Assembly (NCBI GenBank): GCA_965219565.1
Contig: OZ244780.1
Coordinates: forward strand, 479,765-543,764
Reading direction: 5' to 3'
Length of the DNA stretch: 64,000 bases
DNA from: Dehalococcoidia bacterium
GTDB taxonomy: Bacteria > Chloroflexota > Dehalococcoidia > Lucifugimonadales > JAGWBF01
A program made the translations under genes and the position numbers. This document shows positions 48,518 through 56,653 of the stretch, in pieces. The stretch's first letter is position 1, and each line of letters starts with the position of its first letter. The notes under the pieces are model-generated. The model was given only the letters and a program-made list of their open reading frames with translations. It had not been told where the DNA came from and ran no database searches.

Positions 48518-49198
48518 CTACGACCTAGAGAGGCCCAGTATCTTGTTGTACAGTCGATATAAAGGTGCAGCGGACTTTTTGCCTAGGGCCGGTATGTCGC
48601 CGTCGGTGAACACCCGGCGACCTCCCTCGTCCACCGTGGCAAAAGCCACCGCCGTAGCCGCCGCGCCGCCGGGTTCATACATGCGCGGCCCAAAGCCACG
48701 CCGCAACTTCCAGAGGATGCACTTCTCTGGCCCGGTCAGGGCGCGCACCCTCAGCTTGCCGCCCCATTCGGCGAGGTAGGCATCCCCGAATACCGATGCG
48801 CTGGTATTTGGGGATGTACGGTCGTGCTCCTTCTCCTTCCACCAGTCACTATCCATGAGACCGTCCTCGAGGCGGCGCTGGTGCAACTCGTCGAGCGTCA
48901 ACTCGTGGGACTTGAGCCGGTTGCACGGTCCGCAGAGAAGTGTGCGATTCTGGATCGCGTCTGGGCCGCCAGCGGACTTTGGCTTGATGTGGTCAACCTC
49001 AAGATCCTTCTCGGATTTCGGTTGCCCGCAGCCCTGACAACGCTGTCCGTACCTGTCTATCAGGAGACTCTTTCTACGTCGCCCTCTTTTTCTGGAAAGG
49101 TCTGCGCCTAACTTAGTAGACTGTTCCTGCGCCCCCACACTCAGTATGTGGAGTTCGGCGTCGAGGCGGCCAATTACACACTCCAGATAACTCCTCAT
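48518..49198 (-). CDS. HNH endonuclease fused to a phage tail-assembly-chaperone-like domain
   Basis: CQGC...LEVDHIKPKSAGG...N..LLCGPCN..K; C-terminal EWGGKLRVRALTG.E...VDEGGRRVFTD.D..ALGKKSAA; RBS AAAGGA. Confidence 0.75.
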   Translation of the reverse strand: MRSYLECVIGRLDAELHILSVGAQEQSTKLGADLSRKRGRRRKSLLIDRYGQRCQGCGQPKSEKDLEVDHIKPKSAGGPDAIQNRTLLCGPCNRLKSHELTLDELHQRRLEDGLMDSDWWKEKEHDRTSPNTSASVFGDAYLAEWGGKLRVRALTGPEKCILWKLRRGFGPRMYEPGGAAATAVAFATVDEGGRRVFTDGDIPALGKKSAAPLYRLYNKILGLSRS

Positions 49199-49465
49199 TG
49201 CCAACGTCCTTTCTCCATCCACCAATCCGATTGCAGACGTTCCTCGTCCACCCGTACCGTGCGCAACTCGGAGGCACCTGGGAATCATTGCCACTTGCCC
49301 GTCTTGTTCCACCAATCGGCTTCCATCCGATCCTAAGAGAGTCGCTGTTGGCGCAGCCCGGTCTCGCGCCACTCCTTCAGCACCGCCATAGGCTCCTTCC
49401 CCCGAAGGTGCATAGAAACTCCACGTTCTATCCCAGTGGTAGGTACTTGGCGGCTAGTTGTCACC

Positions 49466-49783
49466 TCATCCTCCGCCCACCGGGGTCGCTTCTCGTCGCT
49501 GCACACGCTCTGCGATCTGCGGACCAGACTCGATTTCCGCCACGCGCAGCTCGAATGCCTTCTGAAGGTTCTGCCATAGCTGGGGCGTCGTACCGAAGTA
49601 CCGGGCAAGACGAAGAGCCGTATCAGCGGTTACCCCCCTCTGTCCCTTCAGAATTGCCGTGATTCGATTCGTGGGCACATCAAGAGCCTTAGCGAGCGCG
49701 TTAGCCGACAACCCAAGCTCCTCGAGCTCCTCAGCCAATATCTCTCCGGGGTGCACCGGCCTCATTCCGTTGCTTATACTCAT
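49466..49783 (-). CDS. higA: HigA antitoxin (HTH)
   Basis: PVHPGEIL.EEL, LSANALAKALDVPTNRIT, TADTALRLARYFGTTPQLW.NLQ. Confidence 0.95.
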   Translation of the reverse strand: MSISNGMRPVHPGEILAEELEELGLSANALAKALDVPTNRITAILKGQRGVTADTALRLARYFGTTPQLWQNLQKAFELRVAEIESGPQIAERVQRREATPVGGG

Positions 49784-49793
49784 GCCCAACTCC

Positions 49794-50075
49794 TCATCGA
49801 TGGTAGTCCACGACCTCCACGTCGTACGGTCCGTCATCTTCCCAACGGAAGCATATTCGCCGCTGGCGGTTGATCCGGATGCTGTACTGGCCCGTTCGGT
49901 CGCCGGAGAGAGCCTCCAGCCTGTTGCTGGGCAATCCGGCCAGATCTTGTAAGGAGGCAGCGTTGTCCAATACCGTGAGTCGACGTGTCGCCTGATCCGA
50001 GAACCCATGGAAGGCCCGCACCAACTGGCCTTCAAAGAACCTCTCGGTCCTCCGATCTTTGAATCCTCGAATCAT
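49794..50075 (-). CDS. higB: HigB toxin (RelE superfamily)
   Basis: MIRGFKD, PSNRLEALSGDRTGQYSIRIN, VEVVDYH. Confidence 0.95.
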   Translation of the reverse strand: MIRGFKDRRTERFFEGQLVRAFHGFSDQATRRLTVLDNAASLQDLAGLPSNRLEALSGDRTGQYSIRINRQRRICFRWEDDGPYDVEVVDYHR

Positions 50076-50153
50076 TGTAACGCCTTACGTAAAGGATACA
50101 CAAGATGTTAACATACGAAAGCATGAATCGCGGAATAGGGAGGGCCCTCGACC

Positions 50154-50180
50154 TGAACTGCCCCGGTGCAAACCCGTACC
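50154..50180. mobile_element. Possible isolated IS3-family terminal repeat
   Basis: tgaactgccccgg resembles TGAACCGCCCCGG IS3-family ends; no partner seen. Confidence 0.3.
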
Positions 50181-50264
50181 GAGGCTGATAGCCGATCCTC
50201 AACCCATCGGTCGGCTTCTCACCTGCGACATCTAAGGGTAGCAACCAATTAGGATGATACAAAG

Positions 50265-50528
50265 ATGAGTGGACGATCCGAGCCCACGCCGGTGGCTCTC
50301 TACGCCAGGGTGTCCAGCGACCGTCAGGACGTGGACCTCTCGGTGGCCGCTCAGCTTCGGGCGCTGAGAGACTACGCTGACAAGAACGGCTACGCGGTCG
50401 TCCGCGAGTACGTCGACGAGGCCGTGAGTGGTCGCGTGGACGACAGGCCCGAATTCAACAAGATGATCGACGAGGCCAGATTGCCCGAGGCCACGTTCAG
50501 CGAGGTCCTCATCCGGCAGACACAATAG
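50265..50528 (+). pseudogene. Truncated N-terminal serine recombinase
   Basis: ALYARVSSDRQDVDLSV.AQLRALRDYADKN nearly identical to 56654-58294; stops after 87 aa. Confidence 0.88.
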
Positions 50529-50607
50529 CAACGTAAAACTCAGGTATTCGTGGGAGGTCGATCTGGGTCCATTCAAGCTAGGTAGGATTACTAGACAATA
50601 GCGTGCC

Positions 50608-50995
50608 CTACAAGACCCTGCCGGAGAAGGGGAGGCCGCTGGGAACGGGAGTGGCCCCGCACCCGAGAGTTCCGAGCTCCGCTAGGGCGGATCGTGGCCG
50701 AGGGTTCTCCTGCAACCTGGCAACCAGTTTCTTCACCTCCTCTTCGTAGGACGCGCTCCAGCTCTGACCTGTTGGACGTACGGCGATATCCACCCGGTCT
50801 TTAGCGACGTCGATGCCTACGTATGCGGGTTCTCGTTTCATGTTCACCTCCCCTGCTGTGCTGGCTCAGCCTTGCAAGATGCGGGCTTAATCAGCCCCGG
50901 CAACCGTTCGAGCTCTATCAGGGATGAGTGCGGCGACCCTCGCTTTTCGGCGGTCTACCATGACCAAAGTTCGGTCGGTCTGCCGCACTCGGAAC
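50608..50995 (-). mobile_element. IS110-family remnant: truncated transposase (50608-50847) plus structured 5' non-coding end
   Basis: YVGIDVAKDRVDIAV RuvC-like start; upstream inverted repeat gagtgcggc...gccgcactc. Confidence 0.75.
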
Positions 50996-51231
50996 AGCCC
51001 GGTAAGCGAATTCTCTCATATAGCCAAAGATACAAGTTCGCAGTTCACAAAAGACACGAAATACTCAGGTACTCGTGGGCGGTGGACTTGAAGCCAGCAC
51101 GTAGTCGGACGACACCATTCGTGCGGGGCACTATCGTCCTTGGGGATGACCCGTCGTCTCCACCTTCGGCACCACGATCCTGATGCGCGGTTCGAGTCAG
51201 GTGGGATGGAGATGGTCCAACTCGAATCATC

Positions 51232-51303
51232 TAGACCCTTAAATACCATGTCGGCATAGCACGGCTTCAACGAAATGATTAACGGTCGCAACGCTATGGT
51301 CAT
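51232..51303 (-). pseudogene. ASCH-domain 5' stub
   Basis: IISLKPCYADMVFKG resembles the ASCH start LSIKP.YA..I..G.K; sequence diverges afterwards. Confidence 0.55.
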
Positions 51304-51809
51304 GAGCAATCTGGAAAGCCTAGCCTAAACAGCTTCTGAAATCTACTTGCTGGCATGCTTGTCGGGAGTTGAACAGTCAAGCCACTCCCATCCTCTTCGT
51401 AGACCGCGCGGACCTCATTCAAAGGAAGCCTTTTTCTAAAGACAAACGTATGAGAAAACCGCAGCGCCATCAATTCCATCGACGTATCGCCGGCGCACAT
51501 TCGGTAGAGTTCCTCCCATCCCAATATTCCGAATTTCTTGAATCTCCTAAGAAGCTCTTTGGCGGTGTCGACCACCACTTCGTCAAGATGGGATACTGCT
51601 ACGATCTGTTTCTGACTGCGACTAACATACCAGAGTATGCGCCCAGGGGCCTTGAGAATCTTCTGTGACGTAGCGGCCTTGCGGTAATAGACGTTTTCCC
51701 ACCGCAACAGCACCGAAGGGTCTCCACCGAACATGTCGCTAGATGACAATTGTCTGTCGATCAAGCTCATGGCATAACCAGGTCGAATCGGGACCAGAAG
51801 ATAGTCTGG
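51300..51809 (-). pseudogene. C-terminal (EVE/ASCH-like) part of a larger protein, 5'-truncated at the flotillin stop
   Basis: PDYLLVPIRPGYA..L...ENVYYR......PGRILWYVS; reading frame begins immediately after the flotillin TAA. Confidence 0.55.
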
Positions 51810-53138
51810 TTACTCTTTTTCGCGCTCCTCCGCGTCCAGCTCGTCGGTGGTCTTGACGCCCTTCAGGTTCTTTAACGTTCCTAGAATATCAATGCCCGTC
51901 AGGGCCTCAATCACGGACGGTAGTTGAGAGACAACGTTGGTGACGTCCCGCGTTAAGCGGCTGGCGCCCACTCCCGCCGAGTCGCCATTGCCGCCGCTGA
52001 TCATAACGATCCGCTCGGTTTTGGCCAGGGGCTGGGCCACCGCCTCGGCTACCTGGGGGAGGGTTTGGAAGAGCTGCTCGATCAACGCGGCCTGGCCGTA
52101 CTCCTTCCAGGCGTCCGCCTTCCGCTGCATTGCTTCCGCTTCGGCCAGGCCCTTGGCCCTGATGGCGTCGGCTTCGGCCTGTCCCCTGACTCTGATGGCT
52201 TCGGCTTCAGCTTCAGCTTCCGCCACCACGCGGGCCTTGTTGCCCTCCGCGACGGTTTCCAGTTGAAAGCGCTCGGCTTCCGCCGGCCTTCTTATCGTGG
52301 CAACCAGCTCCTGCTCCCGGCGCAGGACCTCCTGCTGTTGGACCTCGATCTGCTTCTGGCGTTCAATTACGTCGATCTGCATCTCTTCCTGTCGGATGTC
52401 CTGTTTAGTCTTGGCCTCCTGAAGCGCATAGGCTAACTCGGCGGCAGCCCGGCGTGCGTTGGTCTGTTCATCGTAGGCCGCTTTCTGGATGGCGAAGTCC
52501 CGCTCGGACTCGGCAATCGAAGTGTCCGCAGAGAACCGGGCGGCTTGGGACTCCTGGTCCGCCCGGGCGCTTCGGATGGCGGCGTCCCTGTCGGCTTCCG
52601 CCTGGGCGATGGCGGCATCCCTTTTCACCTCTGCCGTCCGGGGTATCCCCAGCGCCTCCAGATAGCCCTGCTCATCCTGGATATCCCTAATGGTGTAGCT
52701 GACTATCTCCAGGCCCATGCTGTCCATGTCGGCGGAACCTACTTCCAACACCCTGGTGGCGAAGCCCTCCCGGTCCTGGTAGATATCCTCCACAGTCATG
52801 GTGCCCAGGATCGCCCGTTGGTTCCCCTCCAGGGTCTGGAGGGCGACCTCTTCGATCTCCGCAAGCCGTTTGCCCAGGAACTGCTGGGCGGCTCGCAATA
52901 TAGAGTCCCCGCCCTTCACCTTGACCTGGGCCACGCCGTCCACGGACACGGCAACCCCTTCCTTGGTATAGACCCTGTTGGTCGAGGGAGTCAGGGTCAT
53001 CACCTCCAGGGAGAGGGTCTGCACCCGTTGGATTAGCGGTACGACAAAGACCCTCCCACCTACCACCACCTTTGGCTCCCGGCCACCGCCGGATACGATC
53101 AGCGCCTGGTTCGGTCCCGTGGTGTGAAAGCCTGCCAT
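51810..53138 (-). CDS. Flotillin (SPFH domain) protein
   Basis: PNQALIVSG, VYTKEGV.V.VDGVAQVK, RAILGTMTVEDIY.DR, AEA repeats. Confidence 0.95.
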   Translation of the reverse strand: MAGFHTTGPNQALIVSGGGREPKVVVGGRVFVVPLIQRVQTLSLEVMTLTPSTNRVYTKEGVAVSVDGVAQVKVKGGDSILRAAQQFLGKRLAEIEEVALQTLEGNQRAILGTMTVEDIYQDREGFATRVLEVGSADMDSMGLEIVSYTIRDIQDEQGYLEALGIPRTAEVKRDAAIAQAEADRDAAIRSARADQESQAARFSADTSIAESERDFAIQKAAYDEQTNARRAAAELAYALQEAKTKQDIRQEEMQIDVIERQKQIEVQQQEVLRREQELVATIRRPAEAERFQLETVAEGNKARVVAEAEAEAEAIRVRGQAEADAIRAKGLAEAEAMQRKADAWKEYGQAALIEQLFQTLPQVAEAVAQPLAKTERIVMISGGNGDSAGVGASRLTRDVTNVVSQLPSVIEALTGIDILGTLKNLKGVKTTDELDAEEREKE

Positions 53139-53238
53139 GCTGCACCTCCATAGTTAGTTGGTTTGCCGAAACATTTTGGCCGCTGCTGGTTACGCCTCTG
53201 CGTGGCAGCCGTTGAGATAGGCATAGGGATACCCTTTA

Positions 53239-54630
53239 CTAATTGCGTTTTTTGAAGATTTTCCCCCTTCCGGCCCACCTCTTTGTTCTGACAGGTTCCT
53301 CTTTCCTGGCCACTTTAAGGACGCCCCCGTATGCCTCCAACACTCTCACTTCTTCCCCTTCCGGTATCGCGCCTTGCAGGTCGGTAGTGGCGTCCCATTC
53401 CTCCTCGCCAATTCGTACTTTCCCCATGGGGTCAAGATCAGAAACCACCACCGCCACCTGGCTCGCAGGCCCTTGACCTGACCTGGAGTAATCTCCGGTC
53501 GAGGACCCTGTGGGCCTCAGCAGGTAGAGGAAGGTAGCCAGTACTACACCCATGCCGCCCCCGAAACCTCCTATGAGCCAAAGACTGACCCCCGAGCCGG
53601 GTTCAGAGATGTCCGGTGTGCTGAAGTAGCCGCCGAAAAGCAGAAAGGCGCCCACAAGGAAGGATATCACACCCCCGATGCCGAAGATCCCAATGCCGGC
53701 CTCCTGGGCCTCCAAAAAGAACAGGACCATGGCGAAGAGGATCAGGCCGGCGCCAATCCAGTTGACGGACAACTGCCCCATCCCTAGAAACGCCAGGGCT
53801 AGGGCGATGGCGCCCACCACCCCGGGGCCGATGAATCCCGGCGTCAAGAACTCGGCCAGGATTCCCAGGCCGCCGATGGTAAGGAGTACAAAGGCAAGAT
53901 TAGGGTCGGCGAGCACGCCTAGAAACATCTCTAACAATGTCCTTTTGATTTCCCGGACATCCGCGTTTTTGGTCCGCAAAACAACAGGACCGCTGGCGGT
54001 CTGGGCCGTCCTTCCATCAAGCTGGACCAACAGATCGGCCAGGTCAGCGGCGATGATGTCCACCACATTCAGCTCAATTGCCTCGGCGGCGGAATAAGAG
54101 CGGGCAATGGTCACCGTTTCCTCCAGAGCCTGGGAGTTTCTACCCCTGGCGACGGCGATGCTCCTGATGAAGGCCCTGGTATCTTCGTTGATTTTTTTGG
54201 CCAGGGTTTCCGGCAGGTCTGCTCCTCCCGCGGCGATGGGCGAGGCAGCTCCGATGTTGGTGCCGGGGGCCATAACGGCGAAGTTGGCCGCGGCGGTAAT
54301 AAAGGTTCCCGCCGAAGCGGCACGGGCCCCAGGAGGCGACACATAGACGGCCACGGGTATCTCGGCACTTAGCATTGATACCACCATGTCGCGGGTAGAA
54401 CTGAGGAACCCCCCTGGGGTATCCAGCGTAACCACCACCAGCTGGGCGCCGCTGCTCGAGGCCTGGCGGATGCCGCGGGAAAGAAAACGGGCGCTTAAGC
54501 GGTCGATGGCGCCATCTATGCTAACCAGCGCCACGTGCGGGTCTTCATCCTGCGCCATGGCCCTGACCGGCGCAAAAACGAGCAGGCCGAACCCAAGGAA
54601 GACCAGAGTAACAGCGATTCTCAGCCTCAT
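53239..54630 (-). CDS. nfeD: NfeD family membrane-bound serine protease
   Basis: LDTPGG, ARAASAG, MAPGTNIGAA.P, transmembrane region, C-terminal OB-fold G.VRI..E.WDA. Confidence 0.92.
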   Translation of the reverse strand: MRLRIAVTLVFLGFGLLVFAPVRAMAQDEDPHVALVSIDGAIDRLSARFLSRGIRQASSSGAQLVVVTLDTPGGFLSSTRDMVVSMLSAEIPVAVYVSPPGARAASAGTFITAAANFAVMAPGTNIGAASPIAAGGADLPETLAKKINEDTRAFIRSIAVARGRNSQALEETVTIARSYSAAEAIELNVVDIIAADLADLLVQLDGRTAQTASGPVVLRTKNADVREIKRTLLEMFLGVLADPNLAFVLLTIGGLGILAEFLTPGFIGPGVVGAIALALAFLGMGQLSVNWIGAGLILFAMVLFFLEAQEAGIGIFGIGGVISFLVGAFLLFGGYFSTPDISEPGSGVSLWLIGGFGGGMGVVLATFLYLLRPTGSSTGDYSRSGQGPASQVAVVVSDLDPMGKVRIGEEEWDATTDLQGAIPEGEEVRVLEAYGGVLKVARKEEPVRTKRWAGRGKIFKKRN

Positions 54631-54768
54631 GGGACTACCCTATCCAGCACTAGGAAATGCGCGCGCAATCGGCGTAACAGCGATTTTTGTTAACGGGAAA
54701 CGGTGTTGGCCGGGATTCCCCAGATCAAACCAACTTTCCTGGATATAGCTCCTTCTGGGATACCGTCA

Positions 54769-54797
54769 AATATAATCCCGCATTCCAAGGGCATCAA
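54769..54797 (-). promoter_or_regulatory. Outward-facing sigma70-like promoter inside IS1380, pointing at nfeD
   Basis: Minus strand TTGATG-17 bp-TATATT, about 60 bp from the IS end. Confidence 0.5.
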
Positions 54798-54955
54798 ATG
54801 CGGCCTGATTCGCTCAAATTCCCCGTTTTCATATAGCAACCACCGTCCTGCCAAGCCTAAAATCCCCAAACCGCTGGTCTACGCCCAAGTCTCCCCCTTG
54901 GGAACCTCTTTTGCGACCCCGTAACCGTAACCAATCCCGATGCTCCTGAGGTGGA

Positions 54956-56287
54956 CTAGCCAGGAGCCAGCCGAAGCCGGCCAATTCGTTCCAGTATCCC
55001 ACATAGCATTTCCCGGCTCACTAGCACCTCAGCAAGCTGAAACACCAGCCTTCTGGCATGGCGCACCAACCGTCCTCCGGTCTTGATCATCCTGGTCTGA
55101 AGACTGGTCAGCGACCAGTGCTTCATCGACTCCGGCAACACCAGCCTTCTCAAGAAGTTACCCAAGTTATAGGCCATGATGAACAGCCCCAGCCTGACCT
55201 GATTGGCCACGAACTTGTGGCAGGACAACCTCGTCCAGTTCAGGGCGTACTTTCCCTCTTTTATCCATTGCTCCGCCGTGCCTCGGCCGTTGTAGAAGCG
55301 GACTATCCCTATAGTTGGATAACTGAGGTTGGTAACTATGAAGCCCACTCTGGGAAACAGTTCTCCCTGGTGCCACTCCACCTTGGCCACCACCCTTCGG
55401 GATACATTCCAGCTCTGGGCCTGGTAAGTGAAATCGTGATACGAGACGATGGGCTTTGGGGAAGGCCCCTCAGTAGGCCGTGTCAGCAGGTGCGCTATCT
55501 TCCTCTGTAGCGCTTCGTTTGCTGGCAGCCTGATGGCGTAGTCGATCTGTCTGGTCTCCAGATACTCGTATATCTCCGGCTTGGCGAAGGCGGCATCAGC
55601 GCGAAACAGCAGCCTGACTGCTGCTGTAAAATAACGCTCCACCACCGGATCGAGGACTTCTTGCCAATCATCGGCACTGTGGACGTTGCCTGACCGTAGC
55701 TTCGCTCCTTCACAATCCCCGAACTGGTTGAACAGAAAGAGAGGATGATAGCAGACGCATTCGAAGTGGCCGTTATAGGCTGCGCCCTCCTGCTGACCGT
55801 GTACTGGACTCTCCGAACTATCCATATCCAGGATAACTCGCTGGTGTAGGGTGTGGGCCATCGCCCGTTCCACCCAACGGGTATTCATTCGTGCCAGCGC
55901 CTGCCGGTTGTCCTCTTGGGTCAGGAACTCCGTCTCGAACCGGCCCATCTCGCTGGTGCTGGCTCCCTTCCGCTCCGAGCCTTGCCATCCCACGATCACT
56001 CGCATGGCTGGGTCTTGGGAAAGGCGCACTGCGTCATTGGTATCGTCGTAGCCAGCTAGGCGGCTGTAGATCGACTGTCTTAGCAGCGGAACCAGGTGGT
56101 GGAGGATATTGCGTCCGGTACGGCTTTCCTGGAGGTAGTCCTCAGCGATTTCGGTAAGGCCCAAGGCATCATCAAACTCTCGAAAAGCAAGAAGACCAGC
56201 GTCGGTGGTGATGGTGGCACCGTGAAATGCCAGGCGGACTTTGGGGTTGAACTGGAGCCGGAGAGAGGCCTTTTCGCCGTCACCCAT
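54956..56287 (-). CDS. IS1380 family DDE transposase
   Basis: TDAGLL, LDMDSS...HG.QEG..YNGH...CYHPL, FRADAAF, YN.RGTAEQWIKEGK. Confidence 0.95.
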   Translation of the reverse strand: MGDGEKASLRLQFNPKVRLAFHGATITTDAGLLAFREFDDALGLTEIAEDYLQESRTGRNILHHLVPLLRQSIYSRLAGYDDTNDAVRLSQDPAMRVIVGWQGSERKGASTSEMGRFETEFLTQEDNRQALARMNTRWVERAMAHTLHQRVILDMDSSESPVHGQQEGAAYNGHFECVCYHPLFLFNQFGDCEGAKLRSGNVHSADDWQEVLDPVVERYFTAAVRLLFRADAAFAKPEIYEYLETRQIDYAIRLPANEALQRKIAHLLTRPTEGPSPKPIVSYHDFTYQAQSWNVSRRVVAKVEWHQGELFPRVGFIVTNLSYPTIGIVRFYNGRGTAEQWIKEGKYALNWTRLSCHKFVANQVRLGLFIMAYNLGNFLRRLVLPESMKHWSLTSLQTRMIKTGGRLVRHARRLVFQLAEVLVSREMLCGILERIGRLRLAPG

Positions 56288-56544
56288 GGGGTGCCTCCAG
56301 GATGCTTACGCTACCTATATAAAACTCGCCAAGCTATGGGGTAATTATAGCCATACCGACGGCCAACGTCTCACAAATGGACAATGGTTTAAAGAATGCC
56401 GACGATTTACTCAGAGGGATATTCAGCCATATGGGAAATGTGGGTCAACGGGACTCCCATCGGCTGACGGTCGGGGGATGGCGGGGGAGCGCGCGGGGCG
56501 CAGCCGTGAGAGTCGGAATGGCTGCGGCGGTCTGAGACAAACCA

Positions 56545-56573
56545 GAGGCCCCCGCCTTTACAGCAGGGGCCTC
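56545..56573 (-). terminator. Hairpin, probable terminator after recombinase
   Basis: gaggcccc...ggggcctc stem. Confidence 0.5.
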
Positions 56574-56653
56574 GTCGCTGCCGGGTACGTTACCTGCTGG
56601 CCTGCTTCGTCGATTCCCGGCGGACCGCCAGCGGGGACAAGGCCGGCGTCAGA

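Larger units (their letters stand above)
54710..56444 (-). mobile_element. IS1380-family insertion sequence
   Basis: Imperfect inverted ends ccgggattccccagat (54710) and atatgggaaatgtggg (to 56444) around the transposase. Confidence 0.8.

Noticed and set aside
48518-49198. HNH protein as an RNA-guided IscB/TIGR-Tas-type nuclease
   Set aside because: No RuvC, PLMP or Nop-like motifs, and no adjacent repeat array visible
10246-49335. Four in-frame TAG codons interrupting apparent coding frames (10246, 20024, 43888, 49333), suggesting amber recoding
   Set aside because: Many intact genes end normally at TAG (11136, 19426, 22214, 34179, 36194), and no suppressor tRNA or pyl genes are seen; simple nonsense mutations explain them
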